From contig LVLI01000100.1 of the NCBI GenBank assembly GCA_001687465.1, forward strand, positions 124,001 through 173,020: a stretch of DNA of 49,020 nt, written 5' to 3'. Source of the stretch: Halocafeteria seosinensis. Lineage: Eukaryota. Of this stretch, positions 1 to 12,377 are shown one piece after another. The notes under the pieces are model-generated. The model ran no database searches and had not been told where the DNA came from. It saw nothing but the letters and a program-made list of their open reading frames with translations. Within the stretch, counting starts at the first letter, position 1. The number at the start of each line of letters is the position of its first letter. The translations under genes were made by a program, and so were the position numbers.

Positions 1-1299
1 CAACCCCAACGAAGCAGTACGACGCGTACCAGCTTGATGAACATGAATCCCCGAAGGACAATGAACCAGAAGCAGTCCCTGTGAATAATCTCTTTGAGAC
101 GGAGCGGGAGAGTGAGCAGATGCTTCGTAGTTTCGCTGGGGGATCTGAGCTGCGTTCCCCACTCTATATTTCTAATCGTGGAGGTCGTCTTCGAGCAGAC
201 ACATTACGGGCCAAAACGGAACGCAAGCCAAGACACTCTTCAATTTTGGGAGATAACAGAAAGAAATGCGGCAGTCTGGAACACATTGGAAACCTGGAAC
301 CGTTATACTCCCTGCTCGCGGAAGTCCACGCTGTCAAGAAAGTCGAAGGATCACAGGCATTGTGCCCGATGATTGATGAAGATGTAGAAAGAACGCTGCG
401 AAAGCTGTATTTCTTCTCAAGAGAAGCTGAGCTGTACCAAGCTTTGCGCCGGGTAAGTGGTTGCTCTGGCTGTGGTTTTACGTCCATTGCATTTTGGACT
501 GTGTGGTCTGCAGGTTGTCACATCGTTCTGTTGGTACCGCCCAGACATTGGCTATACACAAGGCTTCACGTATTTACCGGCGATGCTGCTGCTCCATCTA
601 AAGGAGCGAAGGGATATTACGGAGAGAGTACAGCCTTCTAACCAGGAATTACAGGCTAACGATATGGAGGATGATGAGTGTAATGTTTTTGATCTTTATA
701 CAAGCGTGGAGGAACTATACAGCGTTTCTCGACCCGAATCGCTGGAACTGAATGCATTCAGACGACTCTCAAATATTGTCTTCAAGGAACCGTACTATAC
801 ACTCGTTCGGAACCCGTCTCTTCCTGAACCTTGGCTAGACCTCTTATTGAAACTGGTCGCCCGCATTGTTCCACAAATGAAGGAGAAAATTGAAGAAGAA
901 ACCGCGTTTAGCCCACACGAAATCATAGGCTCGTTCTTCCTTGCGAATATTGTTTCGTTGGGGGCAAAATCAGTTCATGTGGATGTTGTAACACGGATAT
1001 ACGATCGCTGCTTTTTATTTGGTATGATAGAAATCATACCATGCACAATTGGGATATTGAAAGCATGGGTGGATACATTCCCTTCTTTGTCTGACGAAGT
1101 AAGAAATGGTGTCGACGTCTATTGCTCAATTCTCATTTACAACGCTTATTTTGCCTGGCAGGTGAGTGTTCATGATCTGGTTTCACCAAAGTTAATCGAC
1201 GCAACGGAGGCTACGAACTTCGAAGTATCTAGGATTATTGATACTGTGCATTTGACGAGAGCGGAAAGAACAGAAGCTTTGTCCTTGATGACCTCATGA
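1..1299 (+). CDS. TBC-domain Rab GTPase-activating protein (5' partial, spliced)
   Basis: The frame is open from the window start. It has IxxDxxR ('IDEDVERT'), then an intron at ~453-512, then 'YRPDIGYTQG' (YxQ motif). A second likely intron lies at ~1099-1161; stop TGA at 1297-1299. Confidence 0.85.
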
Positions 1300-1316
1300 G
1301 AATCAGCATCCATGGA

Positions 1317-3503
1317 TCAACCCCACCATGATGGCTTAGGTGTGCTATAGCCTCCTGGTCTTCCCGTGAAAATGTTGCCTTTACCAAACTGGGCACCATA
1401 GTTGTACTGCAACGGCTCTAGTCCTCCCACGGCAAGCGGTCGTCTAACGAATTGTTTCTGTGCCCCCGGCCCGTATTGGTCCTTTACATGATATCGCTCA
1501 ATGTTTTCTTTTTCATCTTTTTGGGGAGTCCTTAGGTGCTTAGCAGCTGCTGCAGCGAATACCGACGGTCCTTTCTTGGCACCTCGTGGATGGTAGGGCT
1601 CAGGCTCCCGAGGACTTATACTTGAAGCCTGGCTATTGTTTTCTCGAGCATGCTGTATAGGATCCCGATATCTCCCATCACCATTGCGCTGGGGGGCTGG
1701 AAATGCTCCTCCCCTCTCTCGCTTGGCGTAGTAGTTGACACGGTGCTTATTTGGAGGTTCGTCGGGCTGAGAGGGGCTCCCGCGACGCTGATCTTGCTGC
1801 TCATTCTGCTTGCGTCTTGGCGGTGGCTTAGGTTTCAGGTCTGAACAACTTGGATCTGTAGGTGGCTCTGCGCAGTTGTTGAAATCCGGATCTTTCTTAT
1901 CCTCTTCCGCAAACACGAGATTTCTTCCGGGCCGTATAAACTGCGAATAGTTCTCCAGAGGTTCATCTGGAGCATTTTGGCTATCCCGGTCTTCGTCTTT
2001 GTTGTAGCGAGGTTGTGGCAGATTCTCTGTCAACCGCCGAATCCCATACGGGTGCATCTTCATGTTCCGCGGTGCCTTTATTGTTGACAGCAGGTCTACA
2101 GGTGACTCATCGCCTACGTCAATCTGCACAGGGTCTCAAATCTGTCCCGATTGATCCAGAGTAAGGCAGCCCCACTTACGGTTACCGATGGTCCTAGCTC
2201 CTCACGTTTTTCCTGAATGATGGGATCCTTGAGCAGTTGCGAAGCAGACGGCCTGGATTTAGGATTCACTTGAAGAACCTTGCCGATGATCGTTGCGAGA
2301 TCCTTTGAGTAACCTCGAGGGATAGTTGGATAAGCTCCTGACTTGACTTTTCGTCCAAGTTCCTGCAAGGATAAAGAGTGAAGATGTATTATGCTTAAAC
2401 GAGTGGGCAAGTCGCAGGGGACCTACTTGGATATTGCGCGCCTCAAACGGCACTTTCAATGAAGTTGCTTCGTATATGATGCACCCAACAGACCATATAT
2501 CGGATTTATCATCGTAGTTCCTCCCGTTAAATATTTCCGGCTGAAGTTACATGAGTGTTAACTACTGCGACCACACTTCGATAATTCGGTGCCTTGGAAC
2601 GTACCGACATATAGTATGGAGTACCAATTTGGGTATTGGCCTGCAATTGATTTTTCGTCAACTTTGACACATTAAAATCTCCAATTTTTAGTTTTCCGTC
2701 ATTCGTAAGGAAGCAGTTAGCTGTCTTCAAGTCTGTGCCCAGTGAGTGGTGCACGTTGCATCGCAGTGGGAGCTGAGAAACCCGTTGTGCTGTCGTTTCC
2801 TTACCTCGGTGCAATATCTTTCTGGAGTGAAGATGTTCTAAAGCCTCCAAAATTTGTATAAAATACGACCATATTCTGAAATCAGCGAGAAGGCCCACCA
2901 TGTTATCAATCATCTTAGTGCGGCGTACATAAGCACATTCGAACTTACAAGTGTTCCGGAATCAGCGAATTGGTTCGCCTCATATACTTCACCTTATGCG
3001 AAAGATCTCCGCCGTTAGCATACTCCATTACAATACAAATTTCCATCGATCTCTGGAGAAAAGCAAAACAAGTTCTCAATACCTGAAGCTAGCTCCAAAT
3101 GTGACCCGCGCTTACTTCTGCTACAAACGCCTCATACCACCTAATGATATTAGGATGCTTAACCGACGCCAGTAGGCTGCGTAACAGAGGCAAATACGAC
3201 ATGTGATAAAGGAGCACATAATACACTCGGTGAAGCTTACCGTATTTCATTAAGAGCATCTTCGATTTCTCTGTTGGACATCCTTGATATTCCAACCTTC
3301 TTGAGCGCGTACGTTTGCCCATCATCCTTCTTCCTCACCATAAACACTTCGCCAAAAGCGCCCTTGCCTAGTTTCTTGAGTGTCTTAAAGTCATTCAACG
3401 TTGACCTCTCCGTGGAACTACCCTTGCTGTCCGCCACAGAGCCAGCAGGTTTTTGGGCAGCCGTTATACCAATTGGCTTGAGGCGACGTGCTCCAAAGTT
3501 CAT
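1317..3503 (-). CDS. NIMA-related (NEK) Ser/Thr kinase with a disordered C-terminal tail, multi-exon
   Basis: Kinase motifs are spread over short GT-AG exons: LGKGAFGEV, YALKKV, 'ALNEIR/LLASVKHPNII', HRDLKTAN, GDFNVSK, QTQIGTPYY. Confidence 0.92.
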
Positions 3504-3865
3504 CTTCCGTTTCTGCAAGTTTCTCTACTACATATCGTTACGCGATGACAGTTGAATTTTCACATTAGCAAGCCCAATCAACCCCCTTGTGTCACTGAGA
3601 GTTATAACGCCTCCCCAAGGTCAGAAAACCGTATTTTTCAGCTTCGTCATCTGCAGCACTGCCTTTGGCCCTAACGCGGTCGCAGAGTTGCGATCTTTTC
3701 CCCTCCGGTTCAAGTTGAAGTTGAAGCACCGTGGTGCGTTTGGAAGCAATGAGTCCCTCAATTCTTCTTTTCCCCTCCTCGGGGAGAATGAGCGCATCAT
3801 GGGCAGCAGTATACAGAGAAAGAGAATACAGAGATAGCCACATTTTGCCGCAGGATAGACAAAAA

Positions 3866-4238
3866 TTACCGTGAGATCACCTTGTGTAACCCGTTTCAAG
3901 TTTTGCCTGTGGCAAACTGAGCCTTAACCATGCACCAGTTCCTTCGGTGGTGAAACTCTTTTGTAGGCAACTACGGCAATGCACGACATAAACTCAAAGT
4001 TTTCAAGCATGTTTGCTTCTGTTTTCCCTACCATATGCACAAACGTCCCCCTTATTGATGAAGCTAGTCCTCAAGTGTATCCGGAAAACTGATACGAGAG
4101 TACATATCGTACGCTTCCTCGAATGAATGGGACAAGGAGAAAACTTACTTTAGCTTTCTGAATCTTTCCAATCATTGCCTCTACATCTTTGGGCTCCAAT
4201 GGGAACCGCGATTTAACCCCAGCTTGTCGCAGCGACAT
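3866..4238 (-). CDS. Candidate 83-aa selenoprotein with two in-frame TGA codons (exons 4238-4149, 4088-4032, 3970-3866)
   Basis: Two canonical GT-AG introns of 60 and 61 nt, both phase 0. The spliced product is MSLRQAGVKSRFPLEPKDVEAMIGKIQKAKFSGYTUGLASSIRGTFVHMLPTKEFHHRRNWCMVKAQFATGKTUNGLHKVISR*, with TGA at 4073-4071 and 3898-3896. Confidence 0.6.
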
Positions 4239-5119
4239 AGTGGACGCCCTTCCAACTTTCAAGTAAATGGAAAACAACTGACACCGACAACTTTACAGAA
4301 CGACGCACTGTCCTCAGCAACTTTATTTTGTACATGTAGAGTGTGAACAAATGCAACAATATGACTATACTTATCAACACCACAAGTCTACCGCATCTGC
4401 ACTTGTGGACGGCTAACTGTGGTCCTGTCACTCATTTCCAACAAGACTGACGCGTCAATCAAAGTGATTCCCAGGCCTAGGCGTTCCAGATAGTAGCCAC
4501 AGAGAATCGGCTTCTAAAGGTCTATGGGATATCGTCTATGTTCCAAACTTTTTGACTCCTGCGTCCGTTGTAACTTACATCGTGTAAGCGTCGGTATTGT
4601 ATTTTTGGTGTAAGACCGATCGAGCCGTCACGTACAAGATACGAAAGAAGTTCCCTGGATTCTCTTTCTCCAGCTTTTTCTGTGTGTATTTTTGTTAACC
4701 TTGACGGGAGGAGAGTTATGGAAGACATGCTACATCCTCTTCTTAAAATCGTTTTTGGCTCGCACAATACAGCACGTACGGGACAAATTGTTCTGTATGG
4801 TACATCCGCAAAAGGACAAAATGTTAAGCGCACTCTCATGTATACATGGCCTACATGTGCGGGAACAGGGGAAGGAACACGTAGAAAGATTGCAATTCCA
4901 CACTGGTTACAGTACTTGTGTTAAGTTGTCAACAGTTTAAGAGAGGAAACAACTCGGGTTTGTGTAAGGTGATGCCGTGACAGTGGCTCCATTTGTTGTG
5001 CCAACCTCCTCGTGATCGCTCTCAGTTCTGTGGTGTGTGTTAACTTTTTCTCAGCCTGTAAGTGTCCGGCCATGAACTGCGACCGGACATCTTAGGAAGT
5101 ACAAGGTGTGAAGGGGTGC

Positions 5120-5134
5120 GTGTGTGTGTGTGTG
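5120..5134. repeat. (GT)n microsatellite
   Basis: Direct reading: gtgtgtgtgtgtgtg. Confidence 0.85.
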
Positions 5135-6154
5135 GTCAACTCTGCGTCCTAATGGACGGAGCATTTTGAGTGAACACTGCCACTATCGTGGAATAGAACT
5201 GAATGCCGAGTTGCATTGCCAACCGATGTGCAGGGACAAGGGCATCAGACCCGACGTCTCTTTGAAAAGTATCTTTTATCTGATTCTTTGCGTTGTAGAG
5301 ACGCAGGGAATTTTCCGCAGAGTCTACGGAGGTTCGGACAAATTGCAAATAGCTCTAAGGCGAATCCCTTTGCTTTTGCGGTGCTAACAGTGGCCGGGCA
5401 CTTGCCGCCAGTAAAAGTGGATGCAGGATCAAGCGTTACACGAGATACGACGACTGTTCGTACTCGGAAAGCCTGCAGACACTGCCGATACATTATGGAT
5501 ACTGTAGTGTTGCCATGCGTTCGCTGGGATCAATAAGCAATTCAGCAGAAAGTTTCACGACACACCTCGTTTTCTTCGCTGTTGTATCTCGACATACAAT
5601 GTTGTAGTTTTGGTCCTGTTCCTCCAACACACACACACCCACACACGTGTGACAGATAGCCCAGTGGCCGTATCCTCTGCAGTATACCTCCAACCGTTGT
5701 GGCCGCACTCGCTTCTACATGTAGGCACCCTATGGAGAATACAGTACGAGACAGCGCGGTAAGGTCTGATCTATGCAAACGTCGGATATGTTTGAAGCGC
5801 CTTGGGATGATCCGATCGCGCTTTCGTCCCCCATGGGCCATGGGCCATGCATGGTGGGGCCATGCATCAGTTCGTCCTCACGACTCCATGTTAGGTCGCA
5901 CTTGCAACACTGTTGCTGTAAGACTCTGAATTAACAGACCCATACATGCTATTTGAATTGCTAATAATTACAATGAGAAAACTTTGCGATTAGTTGATGA
6001 ACAAGTCCCCATTTATCGGCCTTCGAAATCGTTAGTTTGTGTATACAAAATTGATAGAGAAGTTGCGACGTAAGCGAGCTACCTTTTAACGGCTGCTCTC
6101 CGGTGACTAGTGTACAGTCTGCCTAATTACCAGTGAACTGCGTGTGTCTTAAGT

Positions 6155-7577
6155 ATGGCTACATCTCAGTCTGGCCGAAAGAGTCCAAAGACTCCGAAAA
6201 CACCGAAATCCAGCAGTACTCCTGTTCGGCCTGCGGATCAAATCCCTGAGACTACACTTCCTGAGAATACCAGTCTCTTTCGCACCATCGCACTCAGGCA
6301 AGATGAGCTCGTTCCCTTGTTCCAGACGAAGTTGGGAGCTAATAATGTGACGGGATTCATGTCTGCTTTAGGAATCTCGGGAGAAGGAGCACTTCGATTT
6401 GCACCATCAATAAATGGCGTTTCCAGCTTGGAGGATAGCGTAGTTTTACTGGAGGATCAAACTACCAAACAGCAACTAGAAGACCACCAACAGGGACGGC
6501 CAGCCTCAGAAGAGGAAGAATCAAAATTGCACGAGCGTTCTACAACACCGACGGAGAAAAGACAGGAGCAAACTAGTACAGGGAGGAAAACAGGAGGTGA
6601 AAAGGACGCAGGTTCTAAAGAAGAGTCCAGTGCAAATGTTGATACGTATTTCGAGACAGATGTATTGTCTTTACACAACCCCCCTCGATCCGCAGACACC
6701 CAGCGAAAAGAGCTTACTGGTTCCCGATCAGTGGGCTTTGCTGGTGGTTACGCTGAAAACGAAGCCGCCGCAATCGTCCGATACTATGTGCACCGACAAC
6801 CGAAATTAGCGTGTTTGCGTGAAGATAAGGATGCGTTCCGTTATCTTGCAAAAGCGTATATACAGGACGAGTCCACTCTCAACGAGTTTGTCCTAGCGGG
6901 GGATGAGGATCAAAGCACAAAAGTAGGAGACAACAAAACAAAAGCGGCTACCGTAAGCGAAAACATTACGTCCCGAATGCTCAGTGGGATTCTCAAGGAC
7001 CATGGGCATTTGTTGACTCGATCCATAATCCGTGCAATGCAAAGCGACGGTTTCGAAGGCTGGTGGTTAAAGGAACCTACAGGGCAAGAAGAACTGCTAC
7101 TATTTAACCCACGCGCACATGTTTACGCATCCGATGTGCAGTTGCAACATCCTCAAGTAAGCAACTTGTGCATCTTGTCCTCTCAGTGCCGCATTCACTC
7201 AATACTATTGCTCGCAGAAGTCGCTACAAGCCATCCAGCTCATTTTTGCCCACCCAAACGGACAAGGAACTCCCATGACATTCCGACTAAACGACACAGT
7301 AGAAACTATTCGGCATGTGCTGGCCAGTCGCTACCCCGGTACGTACCGTACGCACAGTCTGACTCAGTGTGTTCCCTGCAACAAGAGTATCCTCACTGCA
7401 GCTCTAGCTCAAGCCAGCGAAATAGGACTTCAACTGGGAGACCAGGCTCTTGACGAAACAGAGGATCAGAAAACAATTGATGAGCTCAACATTAAGAAGA
7501 ATTCCCTCATTTACATTAAACCTGGCGGTGGATCGGATCCGAAGAAACAAAAAGGTGCTCAAAAGAAAAAGAAATAA
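6155..7577 (+). CDS. Hypothetical protein: putative ADP-ribosyltransferase-like domain plus C-terminal ubiquitin-like domain (3 exons)
   Basis: Long exon from 6155, with introns at ~7157-7218 and ~7339-7401. ART-like motifs are 'LPENTSLFRT', 'FAGGYA' and 'DGFEGWW...EELLLFNP'. The C-terminus 'MTFRLNDTVETIRHVL...KTIDELNIKKNSLIYI' is Ubl-like. Confidence 0.55.
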
Positions 7578-7596
7578 AACATGGCATATTCATGGA

Positions 7597-10515
7597 TTAC
7601 GATCCAACATGACATCTCACCCGGGTATGGGAGTGAGAATTGTTTTCAGCGTCAGGCTCCCCATCCTTGTTCTCTAGTTTTACCGCCGCCCCGTCTTTCC
7701 CGCGATCCATTTCATCTGAATCCGATTCATGAAGCTTAACCGTCTTACTCGTTGACGGCGAGGAACGATTAAACAATAAGTTCCACAATCCGCTTGCTGT
7801 GACTGTAGCGGACCCATTGGTCAAGCTATCCCATTCGTCATGGGTGTCTCCTGGAGCCCGCTTGGACACGACTTTAATAGCCATCAGCAACTGCTGAAAT
7901 AACGGGTGTATCGCTGTGGAGAGCACTGTAACTGTTAAGAAGAACAGATAGCTCCGACGGGAAATGAGACCCAAAGCATGAGCTTTACCGGTGAATGCTA
8001 AACTGTACTCAGCAATTTGGGCGAGTGCAAGACCCACACAGATAGCTTCATTTCTCCTAAACTTAAACCCCATAAGTATCAATCCAACGAGAAGCGCTTT
8101 CAATGCAACCAAATTGACCAATAGCACACTCAAAGGGGCTAAATTCTTAAATACAAACCCTGGGTTAAGTACAAGTCCTATAGATGCCAAGAACATTCCC
8201 CCAAAGACATCGTTCAGCGGTTGAACGGCTTCAATGATACTGCCAACTGTCTTTTCGGTGGAGGAAGTTAGCATGAGGCCTGCGAAAAATGCCCCCATTT
8301 CTAGTGAAAGTCCCATGCTTTCCGTTAGGAGTGCAAGAGTGAGGCATATGGCCACTAGCCCGAGAAGCAAGATCCCTTTACTAAACTGGATGCTTTGCGC
8401 TAGCGAGCGGGCTCTCGGGATTACCATCTTAGAAATTAAAAGCACTCCTCCAATCATGAAACCGAATGTGAATATACTGCGTAACGTAGCCTCAAATACT
8501 ACAGATAAGGACGCCAGTTGATCACGCGATTCCTTGTAGCGCACAATAACGTGAGGGATGGACAACAAGAGACCCATCAATAAATCCTGAACGGCAAGAA
8601 TTCCTAAACAGACCCTTCCAGTCGGACTTGAAACCTGATTCGTCACACTTAACGTGTCCATAGCTCCCGTGGGGCTGCTGAGACTAACAGCTATACCAAG
8701 CATTATTGCTTCCGGCACGCTGTTCATAACGGCCGTAAAGTAGCCAATCAGCCACGCAAGACCGACGCAGAGAACACAAACGACCCCGGCTACAGCCACA
8801 GATACAACGTAGTATTTGCTGTGATCAACAAGCTTCAGCCCGAAATGCATACCATTCGTGAACAACGGGAAAACTACCCCGAACTGCGATATCGTCGATA
8901 CCGACGACAGTTTTGTAACATAACCTAGGCCGCTGGGGCCCACTAACATTCCAGCAAGCAAGTATCCTACCGCAGGAGGCAGCCTGAACGACCCAGCCGC
9001 AGTACCTGCAAATGCCGCTGCGCACAGCAGTACTGCAATGTCTTGCATCAAACCAAGGTCATATGTTAATAGAGCTGGGTCAGAAACGGTACTGCTCGAG
9101 GATTCTAGATCTTCAGCTTGGTTAGTGCTCCCAATATTTTTACTCCTCCTTTCACGCTGACGGGCGTTTAAGGCAGAAAGCCTGGCCAACGCTTCACTGT
9201 ACCGAATTTTTTGACCACCCGGAAGTTTAATATCCCCTGTTTCATAATCCACATCCCCATTTTGGGCCGCCTCCATCAGTTTGTTCAAGAATGACATCTC
9301 GGCGTCTTCAGCACGCAATTCTTGTAGCGTTTTCGTTGTATCTACAAGCTTGCTCCGCGCCCCTTTTAGTCGATCAAATAACAATTCAAGAGATTCAGAT
9401 ACTTCCTTTAGCTTCTTTTGGGTTTCCGTTCGCTCGCGAGTCTGCGTTTCCACAGTACTCCTCAAAATTTTGTTCGTATCGACCAGTTTTTCCTTAGGCC
9501 CACAAGGACATAGGCGTTCTACATTGTTTGCAGCGGCTGCACAACTGGGTTTGTTGGTGTCACTTGTCATTTCGGCGTTAACGAAGCAAAGACGCTCCTG
9601 CTTTTCCGTAAACTTAACCGCACCGGGTTTGTCTGGCCCGTAACCTCCGAGACACTTTTTCGGACAATCAAAGTTTTCGGCAAGCTTCTCGCATGAATTT
9701 ATTTCCTCGAATTTTGAGTCCCTGCAGCTGTACTCTCCTCCACTAACTCTATGGCAAGCATCGTTGCAACTTTCAAAAGGCTGGCTTTTTGCCAAGGCTA
9801 AATGAGTCTTCTTATGTTTCTGATGACGATGAGCGTGAGGTCGATGTCCAGTTTTTTTCTCTGACTTTGTCTCATCCGAAGGAGTGTCAGTCGAGTCTTC
9901 GTTTTCAGTCTTCGTCGACTTTCCATTACCTGCATCATCGTAATCCTTTGTAATTTGGAGTGTCTTTGATCCTTCAGCAATCTGTCGCTCGGTATCGGCC
10001 AGAATTTCTGCAGGTGGGACCAAAAGCTCTTAATCATCGCGAGAAGGCAATATTTGCCACACTCTACTGAACATACCTTTCAGTCCTTCTTTTAGCCTTT
10101 GGGCTTCTAACGCTATATCCCCGTCTTGCCACGGAATTCTATCTTCCTGGGACGCAGTGCTGGAGGTCTGTTCATTGTCTTTGCTATTCCCATGATGGAT
10201 CGTTCTGTATCGCGGTTGCAGAATGGATGCATCCTTTGATGACACATCTTTTGTTGCCTCGTCATCATTGTCATCGTCGTCTTGCCCTGTAACAGAGTTG
10301 ATTTCGTCGAAACCAGCGTCCGTGGAACGGTCAATTGTATCCATTGCCTGCTGCTCTGCCTCCTCCTCTTTTGCTTGCAGAGGCTTAGTTTTGCCATCAG
10401 AGGCTTGGGTGATTATCGACCCATCTATGGCTAGTGTGGAGGTGCATAAACAGCTCCAGAAAAAAGCACATACGAGGGTTATAAGCCACCATGTAGGTCT
10501 TCGAGCGCTTCCCAT
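7597..10515 (-). CDS. CPA2-family K+/H+ antiporter (KEA4-6/TMCO3-like) with signal peptide, Cys-rich domain and coiled coil
   Basis: Signal peptide 'MGSARRPTWWLITLVCAFF'. An intron at ~10076-10029 removes the in-frame TAA. Na_H_Exchanger motifs are 'GYLLAGMLVGPSGLG', 'GILAVQDL', 'GLSLEMGAFFAG' and 'LAQIAEYS'. Confidence 0.9.
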
Positions 10516-12377
10516 CTTCAACAATCTCCGTTGTATGAGGTCATTCCTTAGCCCCGTGGGATGATAAAGAGACACAAGAAAACTAAAGACAGCGGTCAAA
10601 ATACAAAAATCTACAAATGCGGTAGAGTGGTGTCATCTGGATTCTGAGGAGCCGTTTGCGCCTGCCTTGAAGTCTTCGGTACACGAAGTTAAGTTGGGAA
10701 GCAAAGTTTCACGGGAAGCCATACAGTTGTACTGTACGAAGCGTACTACTGACTATGAATTGTGGCATCTCTTCGAAAAGTGGAGAGTCAAACAGGGAAA
10801 CTACTCGTAATTAAACTATCATGTGTACATATTCAGCACATGTTCATCCACATTCCACATTCACCGAAAGTACACAAGGATGAAAATTGTAAGCACACAC
10901 TGAGTACATTCCACAGCTAAACTAGCTAAAATTGAACTTAGAGCTACGAAACGAACGAAACGGAAAGGAATACGAAACAGGTGATTATCACGTCATACAG
11001 TGTAGGTCACCAGCTGGGCTAATTGCCAGATGATCCGCATGTACCCTCTGAAGATTCCAAGCACCGTATGCTACATCACCGATACAATAATTTCAAATAT
11101 AGATACAGTAACTTACCTTCCAAAGGATAAGACATTGAGTAGGGAATTGAGTTAAGACCACATGAGATCAGACTTGTGCCAACAATTTGGTTGTTTCTTT
11201 CAGTCACGTACAGACAAGACGGGTGATGCGGAGTCCTCGAAATGAAGAGTTGCACTGAATACGCTCCGCTCGTAGTTTGATTGATATTCCTGAATGAAAG
11301 CAATAAATCAGTGCAGCCGTTTGAAAAGCGGTTGCAGGTACTGTACCTTTCAGAATGGCTTACTGGGTGGCAAGATTCCCGCAGGAGTTTGGCCTGACTG
11401 AATTGTATGTGCAATGCTGGACATAGTTTTGCACATCAGTTAAGTTGTAGAACGTGCAAGTTGAATCATACTTGCGGAGATGCCATCCCTTCCTGTATGA
11501 ATGAGTATGGGCTTGTTAAGCCACCGTGTTTAACTCAAGCGGAGCCATGCATTAAGACACGTACTTATATCTATCCGGTAAGTCACTTTCCTCCGCATGT
11601 CCGAACTGAATTGAGGAGAGGAAAGCAAGAAGGAATAGAGCAACCGTGAGTGCTCTCATTTTTTTGGCCTCTATTACTCCCTTGTGCCAGCTTTAAAAGA
11701 CACCCGGAGCTTCTACACGCTACCCTGTCTAAACAGAATGTTCGAATGTTCAATTAATGGATAGGATCAAACACCACGGTCAATCCAATCCATGTATGAC
11801 TTACTCTTTGGTTATCAACACATCCGTAACTAACAATGTATAACATAATAGCCTTTCTCAAAGCATTTTGCACTCTACGCGTCCAGACTTCCTGTTCGTC
11901 GGTTTGTTCTACACCGACGATCGTGCGGATTCCCGCTGCAGGGAGGGTAAATTCCAGGACACGGGCCGTAAGATGGCGACCGCGAAGTCATTGATGCCTC
12001 ATGACTTGACAGCAGATCCAATGACTTCCCATCGTGAGCGTGGTTGCAGAAGAAGGAATTGCATGATCATCGTAGCCCTGCCAAGTGTCCTTGGGCTTCG
12101 GAGTTCAGTTAGGAGTTGGAGACTCAACTCCCAGACTTTGAGTTGTTTGAAATGGTTGGCACGGCTTCACAAGACGCTCTTCACTGTAGCATATGTTCCC
12201 TCGACCATGCTTTGGTATTCACTCACACGTACATGTATGGTCAAAGGTGAACCTGCTGTTCAATGTCCTTCTTCCTCCTTAAGTTTTCTACCACCACCAA
12301 TCCGCTGGTGAATTACCGGTACGCGTCGTAATTCAAATCGGCACGCCGGTATTGCGTTGGTTGAGGTTGTTAGAAAT

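Noticed and set aside
3589..3899. Short overlapping ORFs (82-92 aa) in three frames
   Set aside because: No motifs; better explained as the 3' region and last exon of the two-TGA gene.
10024..10080. In-frame TAA splitting the antiporter ORF (read-through or pseudogene?)
   Set aside because: It lies within a GTATGT...TAAG intron whose removal restores the frame.
11076..12311. ORFs in the KEA-hydrolase spacer, including a PH-like fragment on the minus strand (~11800-11990)
   Set aside because: I could not build a consistent spliced model; there are multiple stops and no convincing domain.
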